64,000 nucleotides of DNA from the human T2T-CHM13v2.0 reference genome, Homo sapiens, in the NCBI RefSeq assembly GCF_009914755.1, contig NC_060939.1. One strand, written 5' to 3'. Shown here piece by piece: positions 45,231 through 60,351 of the stretch. The notes beneath the pieces are model-generated. The model had not been told where the DNA came from, made no database searches, and saw nothing but the letters and a program-made list of their open reading frames with translations. How positions within the stretch are numbered: position 1 is the stretch's first letter; each line of letters opens with the position of its first letter. The position numbers were made by a program, and so were the translations under genes.

Positions 45231-46836
45231 CTGTTTGGAGAGTAGGAGAGCCAGTTAATATCTAGTGCCCCAGGTACCCCTCCCCAGTCTTCACTTTGCG
45301 TAGCTTCAGTGCACACACCCTGTAATAATCCTGACCCACCTGGGTCCTAGGCCGTTGAGAGAAAGGGCGAGCTAGGTGTTCCATGACAGGCCACCATGGT
45401 GTGGTTGATGCTAGTGGGAATAGAACATACCCCACCCCAGCTGTTGGGCTGAAGTTGTAGGGTTCCCAGGCCTCCTGGGGTAGCTTGAGCCAAGCTGGCC
45501 CTGACAGAGGAAGCAGATTAGCTGGGGGGTGGGGCTGAGCTTTAGGAGAGGGGCCTCTGGTGATGTCTCAGCTGCAACATGAGGCCATCTCCAGCACAGA
45601 GGGAAGTCTTGAGGCTGCCTGCAATATCACTGTCACCTCTGCCACCTGATCCTGATTGGGGCTGAATGTGAGATTTTCCTTTTCCTGCGACCAAAGGAAA
45701 GCTTCAGAACAGAGTGTCTTGAGGCTTATATTGTAGTCCTTCCATTCTCTGCATTTTCACAGCTGCCCTTCATATGAGGCAAGGATGGTTATCCTCATTT
45801 CACAGATGGCGACCTGAGTCCTGACTTGCGTGCCTTGCTCATGAACACACACGAGTCAGTGACAAAGCTGTGTCTGGAACTCAGTTCCCAGTGCCGTGTC
45901 CTTTCCATGTCATCACAGCTGCCTGCCTCTGCTGCAGATGCCCTATCTGTTAGACTGGTTAACCACAGAGAGCCACTCTGGGCCCCTGGGCTGAGGTGAC
46001 CCAGAGGGTCACCAAGTTGGCTACTCTGCAGTAATTCCAGCCCCTTACCAAAAGAGGGTGGAGGCTGAGAGTGGCCTTGGGGTGTTGGCTTGATAGTGGT
46101 TGCCCTTGAGGCTGTATAGTATCTATATTACTATTGCTGGACCAGGTCTGTAGGCTGATGGTCATTCTCCATGGGACAGACAGGGAAGAAAGGACTCCTA
46201 GATCTCTAGGGCATAGCCGTGGACTATGAAAGCCATGCTTTTGTCCCTGAATGGATATTATGGGAAGCTAGGAGTCCTGAGATTCCCACTCCCACCATGG
46301 CCCTGCTCCCCACTGTTTTGTGTCTATGGGCACAGGCACAGGTGGGTGTCCAGAGGTATGCAGCATGAGCCTCTCAGACCTGTCCTTGGGGGCTGTTCTT
46401 CCTCACTTCTTGTTTCCCACTCTGCCTGGTATGGGTCCGGGCACATTAAGGGAGCTCCCTATGTATTATCTACACATAGGTGCTGAGACATCCTTGCCCA
46501 AGGGCCTGTTGACTATAAGAGGACATCTTGCCAACAGCCAGGGTTATGCTGGAAGCTGTCAGGGAAGGTCCTGTCCAGAAGGGTGCACACCTGCCATGAA
46601 GACCTACAGAACTCAGTGTCCACAGAACATTGGCTATGGCTGAAGTTTGGGTTCCACATCCCTTGTTGATTCAGACTGCAACAAACGGTTATGAGTGGGT
46701 ACTGATGAAATGGATAGGTTCAGATAAAAGAAACATTGTGAGGTGGTTATCTGAATAACAGTAGTTACTCTATAATATGCCACTTGCACACATTGTGTTG
46801 GTAGCATACTGCAGTGATTTGTGGTAGGTGGTCTAG

Positions 46837-47133
<297 letters not shown>

Positions 47134-47505
47134 CTACAAGGTGGTCTAGTGTTTTGATTACGTGTTGACATGTGGCAAAAGTGTCTACATGATTATAGGT
47201 GATAAAGCAAATACATGATTACATGACTTGGTACCAGTTGGTTACACACAGGGTACAGGGGTATATGTTATACTGAGTGATGCTGTGGGTTGGTTACACG
47301 GCACTCCACATAACATGCTGGCTCCATTACATGCCTCACAGAGTGTTTACGTGTACCACGGATTGCAAGGTTGCTTTTAATGTATTGGTGGTCAGTTCTA
47401 CATGGACCCTCCATGTGGCGGGGGGCGTGCAGTTCCTTCCTGGGCAGAGGTGAGGGTTAAATGAGAGGGCAGTGAGTGGGGGCTGGGGAATCAGGGGCCC
47501 GGTAC

Positions 47506-47624
47506 CTTGGTGGGGCTGTTCCTGTCCAGAGTGCTGGCCTGGCTGGTGGCAGGCCCCCCACATGCCAGTGCGTGGTAGCTGGAATTGGAAAAGCAGTGGG
47601 CATGGCTGCTACTTTGAGACAAAT
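47506..47624 (-). CDS. MEGF11: MEGF11 cytoplasmic exon (DLSQSSSHAHCFSNSSYHALACGGP...SPTK)
   Basis: ctcttcccag|AT acceptor, AAG|gtaccg donor, 119 nt, phase 1-0; resembles the MEGF10 FTNPSYHTL segment. Confidence 0.85.
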
Positions 47625-49089
47625 CTGGGAAGAGAACAAGGTGCCACATACCATCATACCCCTGCCCCTGGCATGAGATACCCCCAGTACTAATGCTTGC
47701 GCTGGGAGCCTTGAGAGAGCCCTGCAAAGACAAACAGGCAAGTACCCCATCCCCCAAGCTTCCTGGCATCCACTACTCCTACTGAAATCTGGAGAGCCTG
47801 ATTTGCTCCTTCCCTTACGCTGGTCCTCCCTGCAGCATGCAGAATGCAGGATAGGCTCACCTGTGCCAAGGGGAGGCACTATCAACTGGAGCCTGGATGG
47901 GGCATGTTTGCTTTGATAGCCTTACATGTCCCTGAGTCCCTATTTAGGGCTGGACTCACCTGCTTCCTTCTAGGGTCACATCCTGGTAATGAGATCATAA
48001 AGAGAACCTCACTTCTGACTCTGCTCTTCCCTCCTAAGGATTCCAGAACCTCTCCATAGGGCTGGGGAATACCAGAGGAATGGCATAGGAAACCCTAGCC
48101 AGCCTTCTCAGTATAGTCATAGAAGAAAATCCCCAAATCTGTGTGTGGGATGTCTGCTTTGGCTGTAGTGTGGCATGTAGACCAGGAGCTCCTTGAAGGC
48201 ATGGTGTGCACTGGCCTGCCTCTGTCTATCCTGCAGTGCCTAGCATGAAGCTGGACATACAGAAGGCAACACTTAGCAGGAATGGGCTGAAGTGATCTGG
48301 GTTTTCTAAGCACAAGATGCAGGAGGCTGCAGATGAGCCATGAGCCACGTGCCATGGAGCTACCTGGAGAGAGCTGTCACCTTGTGCTCACCCAGACAGG
48401 CTCAGCCTCACATAGCCCAGGACTATAGGGCAATTTCAGAGCATTTTGGCCTCTACTGTTTAGCCAATATGAAGCAAAAAACCTTTCGTATTTCCAAGGC
48501 AGCAGTCCAGGGTTCAGGGGAAAGGAAGGATATCGCCCAGCAGCCCCATCTTGACCCCACTCAGACTCCCAAATAAAATGCCTATTGGAGCTGTTAACCA
48601 CATTCATGGATGCACTGGGCTCTGGCACACTTGCCAGAGGGACATTGTCCAAACTTTCAGACCTCCCAAGTCAGGTACTATCCCCTTCCGCTGTACTAAT
48701 AGGACCCTCCTAACTGGGAACTGGGAAGGAGGGTTGTCCTGAGGCGTTCACCAGGGAAACAGAAATGGATGAGCTCTGGGCACTGGGCTCCAAGGTCTAG
48801 CCTCCTGAGGTGGTACAGGCATCAGGTTGGGGAGACAGTCCTCTGGAGAGCTTAGGAAAGTGACTGGTTAGTGTGGGTGCTCCTGAGGCCGAAGGCTGGT
48901 GAGAAGGATAGGGAAGCTCTGGGAAAATGGCAGGAGGCTCCCAACCACAGCTGCTCAGAGCTAGGGACTCAGGAAACAATTTTCCCTTGGAACCCCAGAT
49001 ATCTTCTCTAGGTAGGCTCCTGCTCCCCATCCCCACTGTCACTCTAGGGGAGACTGAGCTTCCACATTCAGCCACAGCAGCCAACCCTA

Positions 49090-49539
<450 letters not shown>

Positions 49540-50780
49540 CTACCCCCAGCCCTCACTGTGCCTTCATCCCTAAAGGGGATGGAGTCTCAGGGTCATGACA
49601 AGGAGCAATTGTGACTGTCGATGTGAAACAATAAATATTATTTTACTCTGTTCCAAAAATGAGTTAACAGATATTAATTCATTTACTCTTCAGCCCTGTG
49701 AAGGGATTAGTATTTTCCTTTCACAGATGAAAAAACCAATTTATCAAAAGGTTAGGTAATGTGCCCAAGATTACATAACCTATAATTGGCGGAGTCAGGA
49801 AAAATTGAACACAGCTCCTCTCCCTGCTTCCTAATTGTGTGGCTCAGAGTCCCTGGTTTGCTCATTTGTAACATGGGGACAATAACCCCACCCTCCCCAG
49901 TCGTGAGCACCAAGTGATAGACTGGCAAGGAAGGCTCTTAAGTACTGTGCTGTTATTTCCAGGATGACTGCCCGCAGGACCCCTCTTGGTTATATATGTG
50001 AGGGCTGCCCCCACCCTCCATGCTGATGCTTAGTCTAGGAGGCTGTCCTGCCAGGCCCACAGTGTCTAGACTTCTCCTTGACTGTTGGCTGCTGGCTGAA
50101 CTGAGCTGGCCAACATCACTAGGGAGGTAAATGTGCTGCAATATCGTTCTCAGTGATTTATCCTCAGAATGCAACGGAAATCTGTCTTTTGGCTCCTTTT
50201 CTGTAATGTGAATAATTGAGAGCCCATTTTCATCCCCCATCTAGAACCAACATGTTTGCAGCACATTATAAAGGCTTTTATATAACAAAGCCAGCATTTA
50301 TTGGAGTGTTCACTTATGGGCCAGGCACCCCGCTGAATCTCTTACTCATACTGTCTCAACGTGATTCTCACAACTGGACCCTGGGACTCCATCCCCTTTA
50401 GGCCCTATGAGGTGTCATCCGACTGTAGTGCTAGAACCAAGGTTGAGCCCCTTTGGGCTCCTCGGCCTTCAGAGTAACCTTGTGTCATGGGGGAAGATGA
50501 TTAATCTACTCTTCCCGCTTTGCATGTGGAGTAACAGGCCTAGCAAAATCAAATAACCTACCCAAGGACACCTGGCGGGTAAGGCAGAACCAGAACTTGG
50601 CAGATATTCTAACTTGGTCTGGTGGCCTTTCCATAGTACTAGCTTGTGGCTACCCTTGCTTGGCTCATGGGAAACTTGCCAAGGGTGAGCCTAGGGAGGC
50701 TGTGACTGAGAGACTGCCTGCTCCTTATGCCTCTTCAGCACTTGGAGCCTCTGCAGCCCACCCTATTCCTGCTGTCCTCA

Positions 50781-51092
<312 letters not shown>

Positions 51093-51560
51093 CTATGGCA
51101 ATAAGCCTGTTTTGCCTCCCACTGAGTGAAGCCTATTCCCTTAGCTCCTGTTGAGGAGCATTTATAGCACTGAGTGGGGGACACAGGGACAGAGGAGGAG
51201 TGAGCAGGGCCCACTCACCCCTACTTCCTCCTCATGCAACACATTTAAGCAGTATCTTCCACCTGCCATGCCCTAATCTGAATGCCATAGGGACTTTAAA
51301 GAATAATAAAAAAAAAATCCTGCCTCCCACTATTCTCTCATTACTTGCTATGACCTCTGCCCTAAATGCCCCCACCAACTGAAGGGAGAAATTCTTCAAA
51401 CAATAATGTAGGCATGACCTTCCTCAGCATTTTTCCTTGGAAGTTGTCCCCAAAGTCAAGGGACCAAGGGGTACAGAGCCCTGAGTGAGTGGACCTTGAA
51501 GTGGGAGCCATCCTCTGCAGGAGGGTAGGGCCCAGCAGCATCACCCAGGATCAGGGGTCA

Positions 51561-51845
<285 letters not shown>

Positions 51846-51937
51846 TCAGGATCTTCATGCTGAAGTGGTAGGGGCAAGGTGATCGTTGCCTTTCCAAGAC
51901 AGAGGGGCCTTGGAACCACAGGTCAGGCTAGGGTCTA

Positions 51938-52543
<606 letters not shown>

Positions 52544-53267
52544 TTACTTCTTGGCTTAGTTACCCAGGATTCCCATTAAGCCCAGATTCTCTGCCCACTC
52601 TCCAAGTCTTTGATGACTGACTCAGCAGGACTCTGAGGGCCCCCGAGCCTCCCCTCTCAGGGGACTGATTTGGAGCATGCGGGTAAACACTGTGGTTTAC
52701 CGTGTATGTACTGTGTGTGTTTCCCCATGAGAATGGGGACTTTCCTAGGGCAGGAGCTCTCTTCTCTCAGTTGGTGAGCTCCTGATGATGGAGCCTGTCT
52801 CCTCATCAGAATGGAAATTCCCTCAGCCATCTAACTAGGACCTCCCCAAGGGTACTGGCTAGGTCTCACCCATCAGACAAGGAGCTCCACAGGGTCTCTG
52901 TCCTTAGTTTGGGGGCTTCTGGAAAGGGGCTGTTCCCTTCACATCAGATTGGTGCACTTTACATGAACAGCCTCAAGGACATCATTCACATGGGCCACCC
53001 AGAGGGCACTGCACCCTCCTGAGGTGGCTGCCCGGGCCTCATCTCACTTCCCTACTCCCAAACTCGAGCATGCTGTTGCACCACCTCTTCCCCATCCAAA
53101 CTCGGGCTGCTCCTTGTGCAGGTGCTAATGGAGTGTTAAGTCTCAGAATTCATAGCATTAATGGTACTATCAACAATATCAGTACCTTTGATACCAGCAG
53201 TTAATACCAATGATCAATCCTAATAATCCATCATGTTAGCTATAGAGCTAAATGGGGCTCATTCCTA

Positions 53268-53708
<441 letters not shown>

Positions 53709-54766
53709 TCATGCCTACAGCTGCATTCTTCAGAAGGCTCTATTATGATTGCCTTTAAGAACAGCCTGAGGCCCATGGAGGTAGAATCACCTGACTTAGG
53801 TCTCACAGATGAGAAGTGGGAGGCTGAGCACTGTACTTCTGGACTCACAGTCCAGTGCTCCCTGTACTGTTCCACAGCCTTCTGCTTTCTATTACCACTT
53901 TCACCAACATCACGGATTCCACAACCACGAGGGTAGAGAATATGTACAGCTGGACAGAGAGGGACAAATGCCATGTGGCAGGCCTGCCTGCGGTTTGACT
54001 GTTAAAGGACCAGCCCTGAATGTCTGTCCCTGCCTGCCTCTTTCCTCTGACCTGTTGCTCAAGCCTCTCAGCTCAACATCTTCCTCAAGAAAGCCCTCCT
54101 GAGTTCACAAGGCCCTCTCCACCACTGGTATTTCCAATTTGAGTCACTTGGAGGATTTTGGTCACAGACCTTCCTGGAGGAGTCACTGCTTGGTCCCTGG
54201 AGGAAGAGCTGGTTTCCTCAGTCAGGCTGCAAAGCTCTTTTAGGACTAGGTTTGAGTATTCATTGAGTATTTAACCTTTTGTTTCCCTGTGCAATTCATC
54301 CCCCACCTGCTTTCTACAGCTTGAGCTCTCTAAAGCACAGCTTTCTTCATGGCACTCCTATGTCCTGCTTAGAGAGCCTCAGTGGATTCCCCATCGCCAC
54401 AAAATAAAGTCGATCCTGGAGAGCAGCACAGAGAATGATGGGAAGGTGTTGATTCTTGAAGATACATGACTTCCCCAGGGCCCAGGTCTCTCACATCTTG
54501 GGCTGAAACCCTCTGCTTTATACCACACTGCCTCATATTGGTAGTTCTTCCCCAGCCAGACGGTGGGCCGCTAGTGGCTAGGATCTGAATCTACTCAGTG
54601 CCTCTCCTGGACGTGATTGGTAGTTGAGACAAATAATACAGGCAATGGTGGACCAGACTCTCCAGTCCAAAGCCTTGGATTTAGGTCTAAGTTTTCTTTA
54701 TGTAGTCAACAAACATACACATGACACTTAAATGCACCAGACACTGTTCAATGTGCTTCACAAATA

Positions 54767-55416
54767 CAGGCATACCTCAGAGATGTGGGTTTGGTTCCAG
54801 ACCACTGCAAGTGAATATTGCAATAAAGCAAGTCACACAAATGTTTTGGTTTCCCAGAGCATACAAAAGTTATGTTTACATTATACTGTAGTCTATTAAG
54901 TGTGCAATAGCCTTATGTCTAAAAAACAATGTACATGTCTTGATTAAAAAACACTTTATTGCAAAAAAAAAATGCTGACACAGACACGAAGTGTACACGT
55001 GGTGTTGGAAACATGGCACCGACAGGGCTTGCTTAAGGCAGAGTTGCCACAAACCTTTGGTTTTTTTGTTTCGAGACAGAGTCTCGCTACGTTGCCCAGG
55101 CCGGAGTGCAGTGGTGCAATCTCGGCTTACTGCAACCTTTTCCTCCCAGGTTCAAGCGATTCTCCTGCCTTAGCCTCCCCAGATAGGCACGCGCCACCAT
55201 GTCCGGCTAATTTTTGTATTTTTAGTAGAAACAGGGTTTCACCATGTTGGCCAGGCTGGTCTCGAACTCCTGACCTCAAGCCTTGGCCTCCCAAAGTGCT
55301 GGGATTACAGATGTGAACCACTGCACCCGGCCAAACTTTTAATTTAAACAAAACAAAACAAAAAACAACAAGCAAAATGCAGTTTCTGTGAAGCACAATA
55401 AAACAAGGTATGCCTG
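54767..55416. mobile_element. Tigger2-like (TcMar) DNA transposon derivative, interrupted by an Alu
   Basis: TA|caggcatacct ... aggtatgcctg|TA terminal inverted repeats. Confidence 0.82.
55061..55332 (-). mobile_element. Alu SINE nested in the Tigger element
   Basis: gagacagagtctcgctacgttgcccagg...ctgcacccggcc. Confidence 0.92.
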
Positions 55417-57657
55417 TATTTAGTTCACTTACTCTTGGAATACTATTATATAGTCTCACTATTATGCCTTATCATTAACTCTGCTTTGTAGATGAGAAAC
55501 TGAGGCAGGTTAAGTAACTTGCCCAAGGTCACACAACTAGGAAGTTGTACTGCTTGCTGGCTAAGTGCCTTTGAGCAAACTCTCTGTTTCCTCATCTTTG
55601 AGGTGGGAATGGGAACCCTCACCGACTGTCCTAGGACCATGGTTAGTAGCTGTGGCAGGCTGGCTGATTTGGGGCCCCATGCTTCCCCTGGCAGAAACCT
55701 TGGCTCCCTTCCAGGAAGTTCCAGTGCCAAGAGGGTGACATGCATCTCACCTGTTTGCAGCTCAGGCTCCAGCTTTTTGAAAAGCAGGCTGCCCAGCCTC
55801 TTCTTTCCTACCTCTGGGAGGTGCTTGATTTGGGGAACCCATCCCCAAGTCCTGGCCCTCTGTGGGGAGTAGGGTGCCAGAGCTGCTCCCCCTACCCTAC
55901 CCCCAAAATGAACTCTGAGCTTCTCTAACAAGAGTCTTATCTTTGAAGTCTTTCTCACATACATGAGGCCAACAAATTTACCCACAGAACTGCTAATATG
56001 ATCAATCTAATCCATTAATTGGTCGACTTCTTAGCTGAATCAAGAGTAAGGCAAAGAGAGGGGCAGTGGACAGAAGGGGGGCTGGTGAAAAGAAAACATC
56101 TGGTTATATTTAATCTGTGTTTAATGATTCTGCGTAAGCAGTGTCTGTAATTTGTAACTTGCTGGAAAGCCAGTCATTAGAAGGTGTCAGTTCAATTTTT
56201 TACAAGGTTTAAGACTTAACCAGGGCAGTTGCCATTAATAGCAAACTCCATTAGATCTATATGTGGGAAATACTCATTAGGCCAGTGGGCGATAAATCAG
56301 ACAACGCAGCATCTGAGAGTTACTCCTCGGGCTGCATGGGTCCTAATTTAGACCTAGACTATCTGTATTGATGGCCTAGTCTCCTGTGTTTAATAAGTGA
56401 ACCTCGACATGTCAGGTTATGATTAAACCATCCTAGGAGGGCTGCAAGTAAATGAAACTGTCACATATGTTTCTCTGGGGCTCAAACTTCTCATGACCTC
56501 AAAGCATCATGTAGTAAACTTTCTATTCATACATATTAACAGCCCACACACTTGCAAAAATAGCCCAGCTCAGCAGTGATTATTCATCAAAAGAATGGGT
56601 TCCCCTGGGAGGTAGTGAGCTCTCAGTCAACAGAAGTATTTAAGCAGAGTCCAGATGAGATTTCTTGCATAGATGACCTTGAAGTTGCTTTTAGCCCTAA
56701 GTTTAACTTACCCTAAGCTCCCTTCACTCCTTTCAGGTTAGAATGCAAGTTCTGTAACCTTGTGTTCAAACCTGTTCTGAAGGTCCCAGCCTACCTTCTG
56801 AGCCCCATTTCCCACCCCCAGCTACCATATCCATCAGCTGTTCCCTGTAGCATGCCCATGTCTCTGTGCTTTGCCCAAGCTGCTTCCTCTACACAGAATG
56901 CTTTTCTTCCTTTTCCACCTTTCAAGCTAAGGCCCAGCTGAAGTCCTGCATGGTCCATGGAGCCTTCACCCAAATCCACACTGTCTTGTCCTAAGAAAGC
57001 CAGGGATGGCAATAGGCAATGATGTGTGGAGGCAGCTCCTACCTTCTCACTGGTTGTTCAATATTTGGGAATTTTGTGAATGATGTTAAACCATTGGTAC
57101 CTTAAAATCAGCCGTGGTAGGAATATTTATATTTTAAAAATCTGCAGATGTTACAGATCAGGGTTTTTCCCCCACAAAGAGCTGGTAGGGTGGAACACCA
57201 ATGCAAATAAGCTTTATATCTCTTTTCAACTCCTGCTGAGTGGTAGCAGTTCTTGGAGTCGGTATTGTGAAGGATTCTGAGGTCAAGTCAGGAAAGCATA
57301 TGGGGAGGGATTAGGGATGGTGGCCTGAATATGACGGGGAGAAGGGCTTGGAAGTTGCCATCTCCAGCCAGAGCCAGCTCCTCTGCACTCCCACAGCATT
57401 CTCTGCCTTTACCCTTGGCACTCGGCACAGACCACATGGTGCCACTTCTGATGCAGATCTCTGTGCTTGTTTCACTTTTCATCCCTTCAGCATGCATGTC
57501 GGAATCAGAATTTGTTTCTGCCACTTGCTAGCTGCGAAATCACAGACAAATCATTTCACTTCTGTGAGGCTGTTAACTGTGTTAGGGCCTTTGTCTCATG
57601 CCATGTGGGGCTCAATTCTCATAAAGGCAGCCCAAGTCCTGAAGAGGGAAGGAGCTA

Positions 57658-57951
<294 letters not shown>

Positions 57952-58208
57952 CTACCCTTCCTGTTCCACACTTCTCAGAAACATGGGGAGACCTGCATCC
58001 TTCCCTCATCTTGGAGGGCGCATCCCTTTCTGCAGAGAAGAGCTGTGGTGTGGCCCTGTTTCCATTGAGTAGCTGGGCTGGGCCCCAAACCTGGGGACAG
58101 AACTGCAGAGGGAGAGACTAGAGGGAAGGAAGAGATGGGGGCTGATTCAAGAGCCCAGCCTCTCTCAGGCCATGGCTAGTTCCAACTGGAGAGGGCTAGG
58201 GAGGATTA

Positions 58209-58544
<336 letters not shown>

Positions 58545-60047
58545 TCATGGAGGATTTTCAGGAAGAAGTGATGTCCAGAGTTCTAAAAGTCGAGGAGGAA
58601 TTGACCAAGCAAATGAAATTATATGTACAAAGAGCAGGAGGCAGGAGAAAGAATCATGTCTTGAAAGAAATTACAAATAGCAAGTGTGGCTGAACCACAA
58701 AGTGCAAAATGGGGTACGGCAAGAGATGAGATTGTGGGAGTAAGAAGGGACCAGATCACAAGGGCCTCTTCTGTATGGCATCCAAGAACAGGACCGGGAG
58801 GAACCAACTATGGGCAAGTAAGTGCCAGCTGGGAGTGAGCCATATGCCCACGCATGTTAGCCCAGGAGCCACTGGTGCTGCTGGGTCCCTGCCAACCCAC
58901 CCAGGGAGGGGCTCAGAGAGTAGGTAGGATCTTTTCAGATTCTTCTGACCAGACTCCTCAGCGCAGTATGTGTATCATTCATGCATACATACAATAGAAA
59001 CCAGTACTTTGCAAAAATTACATTTACTGTCACTATGTATGTTGGACTCTGATGTTTTCTCTGTACTATGATGTATTCGATTTCAGCTTTTAAAATGCTA
59101 GTTGTAACCCAACAATTTGATTTAATGACCCTCAGTTTGACAGAGGCTTATGGGGGAATGGATGGAATTTCTCAATAAGAAAAAGGAACAAAGTCTATAA
59201 TAGTCTTTTTGGGCTCAGGTAGAGGAAATGTTTGTTAGGTTCCCTACAGCCTGAAGGTGAAGAAGGAATTTTAAAAGGCCTGAGGCTGGATGCCCCAGCT
59301 CTGGGGTAGGTTTTCTTCCCAGGCAGAAAGGCTTCCAGTCTGACATGCATTAGGGAAATGGAACATGTGAGCCCAGGAGATTGGCTTGGCTTCAGCAGGT
59401 GAATATCAGAGGCTCAGAGAGGGGCAGAATTAGCTGAAAAATCATGTCTGCCTTGTTATAAGGACAGTGATTGTGGGAAAGAGAAAGAAAGGAGAAAGAC
59501 ACTCATGCCCAGTGAACAGAGCCAGCCCTACCAGCAGCAGGAGAGCAGTGGGACCAATTTAGAGGCAGACTGGAATTGTACAAGCCCACCTGGGCTGGCG
59601 AGGAGAGGGGAGGGAGGGTGGAACCACCGGAGAGGGGAGAGGGAGGGAGATGCAACAGGCTTTACTCATCCTCCTGTTCCTCAGTCTAGCCCAGCATCTG
59701 TGCTCCCTCCCTGTAATGTCTCAGTTTTGCAGCAGGGTAGAGGCTTCAGATGCCACTCTCTGGGAAATGGTTGCGGGTGGGTAGGTGGGGTGTGGGTGGG
59801 GGGGGGGGCAAGTGGTTTCCTCCCCAGGGAATGGGATCTGGCAGCCATATTTGCCATATTTTACCCATTGACAGGGGTCTCTCCCAGTGGTGGTTCAGGT
59901 GCCCAAGAGGTGAACCCTGGACAGGCATCATAGATTGACTAGAGGGAGCTTGGGAAAGTGGAAACCATAAAACTGTTCAAGGTTTTGGATCCATCTTCAA
60001 GTTTCTCCTTTTCCTGGGCATAACAAAAGCTGTGATCTGCCATAAGG

Positions 60048-60351
60048 CTTTTTTTTTTTTTTTTTTTTTGGAGACAGGGTCTCACTCTATCACCCAGGTG
60101 GGAGTGCAGTGGTGTGATCTTGGCTCATGGCAACCTCTGCATCCGGGGTTCAAGCAATTCTGCTTCAGCCTTCCGAGTAGCTGGGATTACAGGTATAAGC
60201 CACCACCACAGCTGGCTAACTTTTGTATTTTTAGTAGAGACGGGGTTCCTCCATGTTGGCCAGGCTGGTCTTAAACTCCTGGTCTCAAGTGATCCGCCCG
60301 CCTCAGCCTCCCAAAGTGCTGGGATGACAGTCGTGAGCCACTGTGCTGGCC
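60048..60351 (-). mobile_element. Alu SINE
   Basis: poly-T and both arms. Confidence 0.93.

Noticed and set aside
55446-55985. 179-aa - strand ORF in a MEGF11 intron
   Set aside because: Its 3' part is MIR-like sequence (VTLGKLLNL), there is no Cys pattern and no fitting splice sites.
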